Below, one piece after another: positions 28,001-38,400 of a stretch of DNA of 64,000 bases. The stretch is from Paragordius varius. Lineage: Eukaryota > Animalia > Nematomorpha. Made by a program: the position numbers and the translations under genes. The notes below the pieces were generated by a model. That model saw only the letters and a program-made list of their open reading frames with translations, did no database searches and was not told where the DNA came from. The first letter of the stretch is position 1; every line of letters begins with the position of its first letter. The stretch spans positions 11,284,001-11,348,000 of the forward strand of contig OZ176052.1 of NCBI GenBank assembly GCA_964247055.1, read 5' to 3'.

Positions 28001-29996
28001 TATTTCCTTATTAAATCTTAATATGTAAAATTTTTCAGTATTTAAAAAAAACATATTAATTGGCCAAAAAAATCGCCTTTCGTATAAATGTATGAATTAA
28101 AAAAAACTACATTATTTAAAAAATATATCTAAGAAAAAAAACTTTTGTAGTTCAACAGAAGCCATACGGTCAGCATCAGGATCAGTGGCTAAAACGAGCG
28201 TGCAATTGTGTTTATAAGCCGTTTCCATGGCCAATTTAAACACAAATTTCCCTTCCTCCGGATTGGGAAAATCAAGCGTCGGAAAATTTGGGTCGGGATC
28301 TATATTTGCGATTTTGGTTAAGGAAACAAAAAGAAAATGTAAAAATATTGAATAATATTTAAATTTTTTAAACTTTACAAGTTAAATTCTAAACATATAT
28401 AAATAAGTATGTATAAAAAACAATTTTTTAATTTTAAAAAAAGTTATAATAAAATTTTATTTCAATAAACATTTAATTGCCTTTTTTAAGTTTATAAAAT
28501 AAAGCGAAATATCACCAAAAAGTTTATTACCTTGTTGTCTGGTAGTTGAGAATACAGATTCAAATTTGCCAACTTTAAAAGCTTGTTGTGCATAAACCCA
28601 ACCCATTCCATGTAACGCAGTAAAACTGATAGGGATATTGGCTTGTTGATTTAAGTCTCTATGGTAAAAAACATCAATATACTGACCTCGTTTAAAAAAA
28701 ATTGTATATTATCAGAAATTAAAAACATAAAGGGGCGATCAAAATATTTTAATTTATTTTATAAATTTTTAAATATAAACTTACTGTAGATATACAAGAT
28801 TTTGTGTATTCTTTAAATATAAATGAATTTATTAACAACTTCATAACATATATTGTCATCTTATATTTTTGTAATCATTATGATTACAAATTTGATTTTA
28901 AAATGACCCTTATTAAAATTTTACATATATATAGATATGTCATTTACTTAAAAATCAATCGTTCATCCAAAAATTTGAGGTATGCTTGTGTAATTTGTGT
29001 GATAGGGTCAACCAACATTTTCTCCTTCTCATATTTAGCAACGTCTAAATCTATCCAAGATTTTGGCCACGGTTCTTGATTCAATGAGATTTGTGTTGCA
29101 ATATGTTTATCATGGGGTGAAATAAGCTAAAAACAATCATAATGATAAGTTGTTAATTAATTAAATACGGTAAAAATGCGTTTATCATATAAAATTATAA
29201 ATAAATAGAAATATTTTTTATGCAAGAATTCTTAAAAATATGGGGACTTTTGTATTTTTGTGAAATATACGTGAAACAAGTTAAAAAACAAGTTAACTAA
29301 ACTGAAACCTTTGTTATATATCTCTATATACCATTTGCACTTCAAGAGTGTACTTGAACACTTCAAGTTGGTCTTTGAACAGTTCAAGGTGGTCCTTAAA
29401 CAATTTAAGTTGGTCCTTAAACATTTTATGTTGGTCCTTGAACAATTCAAGTTGGTCCTTAAACAATTCAAATTGGTCCTTAAACAGTTCAAGTTGGTCC
29501 TTGAACACTTCAAGTTGGTCCTTAAAATTTATAAATTTTGATTTAACCATAATTTTTGCATTTATTTTTTTTATTTTATTATTTATTAACCTAATTTTCT
29601 TTATTTATTATATATTTATTAAAATTTTTATTGAAAACCAATTTTTTGTTTAATACTATTTTTTTAATTTACAAAATTATAACTTTTAAATGTTTTTAAT
29701 GAAAAATTGTAATTAATAACCCAGAAAACTTATATATTTTTTCATTCTTGTTAAAATCTTATAAAAATCCAAAATTATTTTAAGAAATTAATGAAGATAT
29801 ACGGTTTCTCATAGATTAAAAGTTTATATCGATTTAAAATTTATGTTAATTAATAGAAAATAGGTTAAAAACAATAAAATAGATATATTATTTACGATTT
29901 GATCGATAAAAGTTTAAAACAAAACAAAAAAGTCAAAGGACCAACTTGAAATGTTCAAGGACCAACTTGAAGTGTAGGACACTCTTGAAGTGCAAA

Positions 29997-30036
<40 letters not shown>

Positions 30037-31834
30037 ATCATTTAGAGTTAAAATTTTGTTTTGATCCATTCAAATATTCGCACCCTAAAATAAATTATTT
30101 TTTTATGATTAATAATTACATATATTTTTTTATATTTTAAAAAAATGAAATTTTTTAAAAATTTATATAATATTAAAACAAAAAACTATGCCATAAGAAT
30201 ATATTATTAATGAAGAATTATATTACCCGAAACATACAATTTATTTTTAGTGTGAATTTGAATTGTTCAAGGGCGAATTCGAATTTTAGATGGTATATAT
30301 ATATAGAGTTAGCCAGAAAAACCTAATTTTATTGCAAAGGTTAAAAATTAAATGTTAATTTTATTATTTGGTATCGATGCTTTGGATCCAAACAAACCAT
30401 TTTTTAATACCAATAAAGTGTTATAATAAAAATTATAGATCTCATAAATAAAAAATAAAAACTTGAACTCCGTTAGTCCAATATAATTTAAGGCCATTGT
30501 ATTCTCTGGGATTGTGAGATGCCGTAATCATAATTCCAGCAACGCATTCCAATTGCTTTATGGCATAGGGCTAAACAACGTTACAAAAATATTAAAAAAT
30601 GACGAATTTTCAAATCACAGATATAGGATATTAAATTTTTTTTAAATATATATGTATTTGAAATAAAAAATCCATCCAAAGCAAAAGAGAACCGTCACAG
30701 CTATTATTTACATAAATTATATGGAAGAAAAAAAGTCAAAATATATAGTCTATCTGAGAGAAAAAATAGTAATTTTCAAGAGCCATTAAGGTAAACTCCT
30801 TGTATAAAAAGTCTGCATATTTGAAATAAACTTAATTAAAATGAATTAAATCCACTAATGACAACCCATATAATATTATATAAAATAATATGAAACATTG
30901 AAAATAATATCTTTTGTGTAGCTTGACATATTAACATCTCAGGGCAAAAAATAGTTTACATACGGAATTATTTTTATATAACCATAATTTAAATAATTAT
31001 TAATTTATATAAAGAAAACCATTTTCAAAGAAGGTCAATTTTTAACATCATTTAAATATAACATAATAGGTCAAATTATCATATTTATGTTATTATATTA
31101 AATGATACGCAATGAATTGGTCGAAAATGTTAAAATAACCTAATAGAAAATATTAAAATTTATTTAACTAATAGTTAAAAGCTATATTTACATTGTTGTA
31201 GCATAGCATAATTAGGGCTAGTAACATCATAAGTTAAAAATGTGATTAAAAACGGAACTAATGATTCGTAATAATTAAATGATATTGCAAAATGTTTGAA
31301 ATAAGAGTATTAGTTGTTTTAAATAAAAATGTAACTTACCACAAATGGAGTAGGGACTAATCGAGAAAACAGGAAAACCTTAATATTATCTTGGAGAAAA
31401 ATATTTGCACACATTTTTGCCCAACTATAAGTATTAAAATGGTGTTAAAATACCGATGACTATGATATCGACCATCGAATCCAATTACTACTCCTTTTTC
31501 TTTAATTATATATTTTGTTTCTTGGCAATCCTGTAAATATCTTAACAAGCCTTGACATGTTTGAATAATTGTAACATCATTTAGATAAGAAAAACCAGCA
31601 CCCATTTTTGCACGTATACCTTAAAATGTTAAATGTAAATTATATACCTGCTGTCCCAAATACAAGAGGCTTCATCATCATATCTTTCAAAGTATCAACA
31701 TCATTCTTACTTACCAGATCTATTACAGTCTGACGGGTTAACTCATTCTAAAATATTAACAAAATATTAACAAAATCATATTTCATCCATTCCTCAATTT
31801 TGTCCTGAAGCTCAATGTTATCTGTGCTTGACAT
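25076..31834 (-). CDS. PGM2: Phosphoglucomutase-2 / phosphopentomutase, 13 exons
   Basis: ATG 31834. Motifs FGTAGIRAKMGAG, GVVIGFDGRYHS, GIMITASHNP (phosphoserine loop), FTALHGMG, FPNPEEG, ATDPDADR (metal site), ETLTGFKWIGN, FAYEEAIGY, DKDGISA, RDLTTGYD, RASGTEPKIKYY; stop TAA 25076-25078. Confidence 0.96.
25832..26106. mobile_element. Foldback-type MITE (family A), arms built of 21-bp units
   Basis: TA|CCATTTACAG...GTAAATGG|TA with unit TTGAACAATTCAAATTCACCC; internal segment ACTATGCCATAAGAATA shared with the 30037 copy. Confidence 0.85.
29331..29999. mobile_element. Foldback-type MITE, sister family A2
   Basis: TA|CCATTTGCACTTCAAGAGTG...CACTCTTGAAGTGCAAATGA. Eight 21-bp units TTGAACAATTCAAGTTGGTCC at 29354-29521 and ~2 inverted units at the right end; lies in a PGM2 intron. 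Confidence 0.85.
30037..30293. mobile_element. Degenerate family A foldback MITE
   Basis: Ends ATCATTTAGAG...TTAGATGG|TA; contains GTGAATTTGAATTGTTCAAGGG and the shared internal segment; joined to A2 by a (TA)n run at 30000-30036. Confidence 0.7.
31425..31453 (-). other. 29-nt GT-AG intron (PGM2 intron 3)
   Basis: GTATTTTAACACCATTTTAATACTTATAG; removal gives YHSHR-WAKMCANIF...VPTPFV, collinear with the PGM2 family. Confidence 0.92.
31620..31647 (-). other. 28-nt GT-AG intron (PGM2 intron 2)
   Basis: GTATATAATTTACATTTAACATTTTAAG splits the invariant FGTAG-IR motif. Confidence 0.95.
31748..31771 (-). other. 24-nt GT-AG intron (PGM2 intron 1)
   Basis: GTTAATATTTTGTTAATATTTTAG carries an in-frame TAG; removal gives WMKYDF-NELT, matching human-type WLRWDK-NSLT. 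Confidence 0.9.
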
Positions 31835-32242
31835 CAGGCGTTTTTAAAATATACATAAAATTATATGTCATGACTAAAAAACCATCCCACCATTATTTAC
31901 CAAAATTTGGATAAACCTTAAAATAAAAGAAAAATTTAAAATTTTATAACTATATGAAAATTTATTTTACCATTTTTGGAGCATATCAATTTTTTTAGAG
32001 AAAGATATTATGTTAAGCAATTTCCAGTCATGCAGGGTCTGGTAAACATACACTAATTTACTGTAGCGGCATATATATTGTTATTAATTGAATTATAAGG
32101 GGTAATTTTTTATTGGTAAACTCATTGAAAATGCTTATTACATAAATCTAATGGTAGTTAGGTATTATAAAATATATTCTAAAAATAAATGATAAGTTAT
32201 AGATAATAAAATAACATAAATTACAGAACACACTTTACTTAA

Positions 32243-33068
32243 CACTTGGATACAACACATTCATTTCAGTCTTTCAATTCAAATTGGGGTAGTTTACCCC
32301 AATATATAAGGAATTGAAACCATGTCAAAAGTTTGCACTTTTATAAGATTATTGAACCGAAAATAAAATTTATTTAAATACTTGATATTAGTTATTTTAA
32401 GGTGAAATCCAAAGATTAAAATTTAGTAAACCTGACATATGCGCATTAGCTAAATATAAAAATTATACAAAATAAGATATATGTTAGATGTGATTCAAAT
32501 AAAATATGAGCTTTAATTTTAGCTCTATTAACACTTCGATTTAAATTGGGGTATCTAAATACCCCAGAGTAAATTGGAGTTAGTATTTTTATAAGAACTA
32601 CTGAAGTCAACGGTCTCAATTTAAATTCATGCTTCTATCCTAATAAAAATTATATAAATAAGCCGAAATACCTAAATAAAATTTGGTTTTTTAAAAAAAG
32701 TTCCATATCAAACTACTTGGACGCCATTTTAGTTTTACAGCATTTTTGCAAAATATCGTGTTTATTTGATTTTAAAGCTAAATAAAAGCTAATTTATTAT
32801 TTATATCACATCTAACATTGATAGAAACAAAACGGGGTTTATTCTACTATTTGCTTGTGCACACATGTCATGTTGACTCAATTTTTACCTTGAGGTTTTA
32901 CCTAAAAATAAGTAATATCAAATATTTTCAAATGAAATTTTTTATATATTTTGATTCATTAATGTTATAAAAATGTAAATTTTTGCCATGGTTTCAATCC
33001 ATTCCATATTTTTTGAATTATTTAATTTTTGAATCGAAGGACTGAAATGGATGTGTTGTATCGAAGTG
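32243..33068. mobile_element. Non-autonomous piggyBac-like element
   Basis: TTAA|CACTTGGATACAACACATTCATTTCAGTC...GACTGAAATGGATGTGTTGTATCGAAGTG|TTAA: TTAA duplication and long imperfect TIRs. Confidence 0.8.
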
Positions 33069-34548
33069 TTAAAAGGTCCCAAATTAGATCATAAAAATGA
33101 TTTGAAATTTAATCATGGTTGATATAACATAAATATTTGCTAGAAAACTCCAAAAAAAAATTATTTAACTGTCGATCTTTTGGATTTTACCAACACATTT
33201 GATACATGGCTCCAATTTAATAGATGTAAAGAGGCTCTTAAGCGGGAACTTGCAATGCTAATCGTTGGGACTTTACTTGATACTTCAAAGCTAAAGAAAT
33301 TACTTTTATTATATATCAATATTAATATTAGTTATTATTGGGTGAAATAAGTTGTAACACATTATGTAATTTTGAGGTATTCCACTCAAGGGCCATATAA
33401 TAAGAATATCTAAAAAATATTTTTAACATTGTTAAAATATTAGATTTATTTAGTCTTTTAGACGCATGATAAAAAATAATTTTATGAAAAAATGTAAAAT
33501 TGGAAAAATATGTTTATCTCGAGCCATTTTTTTCTGTAATACTTCATTACGTTTTCGCTTTTTCGTCATAGTTTACCCTTTGGAATAGTTTTATATCCGA
33601 GAGCCAAAATTTGCAAATAAACTACATTTGAAAGTTATATTACTTGAAATTTTATCAAACATTGTTCTCATTAGATTAAAAAAGCTTATATTTTTTACAG
33701 TTTTATAAATTCTGGAATCTAAAATTGGGACAGCTCCAAAATACGATTGAAATGAACAGCTGGTAGTAAAATCAAAATATAAGTTTTAGCTAATAAAATG
33801 TAGCCAGAAAGCTTCTTAAAGTTAGTAATTATTTTTAACCATAAAATACATTTATTACTCTGTTTCATTAAAAATTTATGGAAAAAGATGATGGCAAAAA
33901 AGTTTGAGGTGAGTATTTATTAATTTTTTATTTTTTATAATACACCAAAAGACTAAAAAAGCACATTTTTCGGCTCAAACGTTAAATACTTTTTTAAGTA
34001 TTAATTGGAATCGCTCTGGGTTACACTTAATACCAAAAGGTATGGGTGTGCTAATTTTTTAAATCGTTAATAAGGCTTGGAATGTATATTATGGTTAAAA
34101 ATATAAATAATTAACTTTGGCTTTAGGCCAGCCTTGATATATTTGTAATATCAGCTGTCCGTTTTAATCGTGTTAGTTATCTGAATTGGAAACTTAAAAA
34201 AAGGGGTGGCCAACAAGCCTTTCGAAACTCTTTGTTCGCCCTGCGAAAAATTAGGAAGTTGCTGATTTGCAAAAATATTCTTAAAAAATGATATTTCTAT
34301 AATAAATTTTCTAAATAAGTTTACTAATTGTTAATGATTTAGAAAAAAATGTTATATTGTTTTGCAATTTAGTCTATTTAAATCTAATAAATAATTTATA
34401 ATGTCCACACAAATTTAATATGCAGCCCGCATTTTCCCAGTTAAAAATCCGGAAAAGCCGTTTCCAAAAAACACTGTCTAGAATTAGAAAATCACAAATT
34501 TTTGGCATAAAATGCCATCTTTATCATATATAAAACATGTTATGATCA

Positions 34549-34746
34549 TTTTTTAGCCACCCTTTGCAATTAGAAGTCATAGTACTTCCTATAAAGCAGT
34601 AGGTGACCTTATAAGACCAAAAATTAAAGAGGACAATGTTAACCACGTGTCAGAGTGTGAAACGCGTTTCGTCCATGTTGTGGAAAAGTAACCTACTGCT
34701 TTATTGGAAGTACTATGACTTCCAATTGCAAAGACAGCTAAAAAAA
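34549..34746. repeat. Hairpin/MITE, ~60-bp arms, ~75-nt spacer
   Basis: TTTGCAATTAGAAGTCATAGTACTTCCTATAAAGCAGTAGG is inverted as CCTACTGCTTTATTGGAAGTACTATGACTTCCAATTGCAAA. Confidence 0.85.
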
Positions 34747-34950
34747 TACCCTACTCTGGAAGTTAAAAATTATAATTTTTTATAATATAGGTGAAAGCTT
34801 GGTTGTACCTTGGAGGTTTGAAACTTTATTAATGTCATCGCTGATAACAATGTAAATGATATGAAGAAATAGTTGTTACATGATAGATATCATTGATATA
34901 TGTTAATTTAAAACAGTTGATTTACTATAGTTGGTTTATTGGCTGCTCGC

Positions 34951-35361
34951 ATGGTAAAAATATTTTATATAAAATTTAGGAGGTTTATTTAATGATTAGA
35001 AGAAAAAATGTGACAATTTTTGTCGATTTAAAAGAAAACAGCACCGTGATGGAACTGAAAAAAATTATCGAAGGCATAACTAAGGTGTCACCTCAGGATC
35101 AACAGTTATGTAAAGAAGACAATCAAATTGTTTTAGACGATGACAAACTATTAACAAGTTATGGGTATAATTCCAATTACTGTAAAGCACAAAGCCCCTC
35201 CACCATCCTTTTATCTGTCCGACAAACTGGTATGTATGTATTTGCTATATATAGATGGGACTTTTGAACCGGTGCATTTAATACCATATTCAAACCCACC
35301 GGAATTACCGGATGTTATGAAATCTCAAGAGCTTCATACAGAACAAGCAACTACATCTTAA
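34951..35361 (+). CDS. ELOB: Elongin B, 3 exons (34951-34953, 34980-35229, 35255-35361)
   Basis: Spliced product MEVYLMIRRKNVTIFVDLKENSTVMELKKIIEGI...KAQSPSTILLSVRQTDGTFEPVHLIPYSNPPELPDVMKSQE parallels MDVFLMIRRHKTTIF...PPELPDVMKPQD. Confidence 0.96.
34954..34979 (+). other. 26-nt GT-AG intron directly after the ELOB ATG
   Basis: ATG|GTAAAAATATTTTATATAAAATTTAG|GAG; restores the conserved M-(D/E)-V-(F/Y)-L-M-I-R-R start. Confidence 0.9.
35230..35254 (+). other. 25-nt GT-AG intron (ELOB intron 2)
   Basis: GTATGTATGTATTTGCTATATATAG; joins two track ORFs lying in different frames into one Elongin B. Confidence 0.95.
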
Positions 35362-35479
35362 AATGTGATATTAACTAATGTATTGCATTTTTATATTGTT
35401 AAAATTAATGATAAACTAATTTATTTGTATTTACAAATCACATATATATATATATATATTATATTGGGTCATGATTTAT

Positions 35480-38400
35480 TTATTTTAATCCAAATCTCAA
35501 GGCGCGTAAATTTTTTTTATTAGCAGCCGGTAATGTTGTTTTTCCATTCAAAGATTTGTTTGCATAGATGGGAATTCCAAATCGCTCAGCTCTTTTTTGT
35601 TTTAATTCGCTTGTTGCCTAATAAAAAATTTGTTTAAATCACACGTTCATGATATATTATTTGATATAAAGTTCCTGATATTTATTTTCTAAGTATTACT
35701 ATTTAAAAAATTATTTTTTGATAGTATTGGACAAAATATTAAAAAAATTGCACAAAAAATGAATGGTTTTACGGTATATTGAATAATACCTATAATGGTA
35801 TATTTAATCTACTTTGAAAATAAATATTTTTGAAAGATTGTAACGGCATCCTAGAATAGTATTTACCTAAGATTGGTATATATGAATTCTTAAATCCATT
35901 AATGAATAATATCATAAGAAGCAATGCAGAAGTTATTTTTTATATATTTGGATCCAAAAAGCATAAATCTATAACTTTATGGCTAATTTATATGTCATTC
36001 AATATCTAATCAGGATAATGAATATTAATATGATATATGCGGTTAAAATGCTAGAAAAAAAGTTTTATAATTTTTTCTGTCTTGGCTCTAAAGCATTTTT
36101 ATTCTATATGAGGTCAAATAATATTAAATATAATAGATGAAAACGTGTTAACTAAATTTTATGTTTTAATATATTTAGCATAAGGATAATTATAAACGCA
36201 AAATATCAACAAAGATTCTACATTGTTTCAGAAAGTCCCCGAAAGATTTCCATTAATATAAGCTAAAAAATCGTTTTTTGGCGTCAAATTTGAATTATAA
36301 TAACTATTGATATGCGGTAAAAGATTTTAATTTTTAATAAAACAATCATATATTAAATCTAGATATGATAAGTACTCAATATACTTCCTTCAAAAAAATT
36401 TGCTTTGTATAAATAAATTTTCTCGATAATTTGCACCAAAGCGGAAGCTACGTATACTTTTTTTACAAAACATCCAATATATATTTACTTTCTCTATACA
36501 ATTCGATGCAGGAAAAAGGATCTATCATATCAGATTTTTAATTTAGGGAATTCATATGCCATAAAGACGGTGGTATAAAAGCCAAAATGGCATAATCAAC
36601 GAAAAAAATTCCCTATATCAAAAATCTGAGTTCTATTTTCTGCTATACATGTCTGGAAAAAGATATATATATATATATATATATTAAATGTTTTGTAATT
36701 ATTTAGCACTTACGCTTTAATGCAAATTATCAAAAAAATATTTAATATAAATCTTGAAAAATTTTTGCAGGCATTATATTGGATAATTTACATATAAATT
36801 AATATATGACTGTTTTAATAAAATAAAATCTTTTACCGCAAGTTCGATTTTTTAGCTTATATTCTTAAAAATCTTTCTGGGACTCTCCAAAATAATATAA
36901 AATCTTTGTTAAAAATATTTTGCGTTTAGTATCATTATGCTATGTTAAGCAAACAAAATTTAGTTGATACATTTTTATCTATTGTATTTAATAACATTTG
37001 ATATAATATGCAATAAAAATGCGATTTTTTAATAGGACTAATAACAGAATAAAATTTTTATCTGGTAGTTAACCCGCATATATCTTAGCGATATTCATTA
37101 TCCTGAAGCTTTTATCTATCTATTTTCTGGTCCCCATTTTTGCCGCACAATATTTTGGGTGACTTATATTTTTAATTGTAAAAATATAAGGTTTAACTAA
37201 TTCTAACGATTTAAATGCTACCTTACTAAAAGGTGGTGAAAAGCTATACTGTAGATTAGATTTTGAAGTATAAATCATTGGTTGAAAATTTTTTTATAAA
37301 TACTTACAAATATTTTCATAATGTATATAATATATATGTATATAAATAAAATTAAAGATACAAAATTTGTAAAAAATCTGTAAGTTTTGAGCAGATATTT
37401 GAATATGTAACATCAGACTGTTATAAAATTACGAAGGCAACATAACCAATATCATTTCACCATTTATGCTAGAACCCTTTATTGAAAAATCATCGTGTTT
37501 ATGAAGTTCAAGCAATACATATTTTTTGTGTAAATTAAGCCATGAATTCTAAAAAAATATATTTTAAGAAAAAAAACAATTTTAGTATTTAAAATTTTAG
37601 ATTTTGTATTTAGATGTTTGGATATAAAATAATTTGATTTATTTGGCTCATTTTTTTGCAAATGGTATAAACAAAAACTTTTAACTTGACAAAAAAATTA
37701 TATAATTTATTATAATCAACATAATTGATTTAAGTTATTAAAATTTTTTTATTTTAGTTTACTTAATTCCGTTAACATTATCATATAATGTTGATATTCT
37801 TTGATCTTAAGCTTTAAATAAAAATTTTTGTTCCTTAGTAACACCGTTAAAGTATAGCAACTTATTTATCTTTACGTGTTGAAACTTATATTATCAAAAA
37901 AAATTTTTTTTATAAACCAAATTTATACCCTAAATTTAGCAATTATAAATTTAACAAATATAACCTTGAGTGGAGAAATGTTGGATGAAGGCTTCTTGGT
38001 GGTGGAATTATTAGATGATGCTGGCAAATAATCAGGTTTAACTGGAAGTCCAAATCTATGTTTCACACAAAATCATTCATAATAAAAAATTGAAAATTTT
38101 ATTATAAACTGTGCAAAAAAAAGGTAAAAGATAAAAATATTTTTAATTTAAACATATCATATTTAACCGTTTCGCCCGTATCAATAAACGATCATCCGTC
38201 AATTCATGATTGTAGTGATGTTGTTCTCCACGGAATTTTTCGTTTCGCAATTCAGTTCGCTATTATTATAATTTTGAACGAAAAATTATTATTGCGACTG
38301 TAATTTTTAGGATTGTAAAAAGTTTTTATTTGGTATTAAAAGGTGTCTCTCTCTTTAAATAACTTTGGACATGTTATTACACTACTTTCAATCGATTAAA

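Noticed and set aside
29354-29521. Regular short-repeat array resembling CRISPR
   Set aside because: Units are contiguous with no unique spacers, there are no cas genes, and the context is eukaryotic.
29232-29653. Overlapping ORFs with heptad repeats (FKDQLEL, CLRTNLN) that look like coiled-coil proteins
   Set aside because: They are translations of the 21-bp MITE units inside a PGM2 intron; the same artefact occurs at 25910-26095 and 59916-60203.
34640-34690. Hammerhead-like stem followed by CGAAAC on the minus strand
   Set aside because: The required CUGANGA core is missing.
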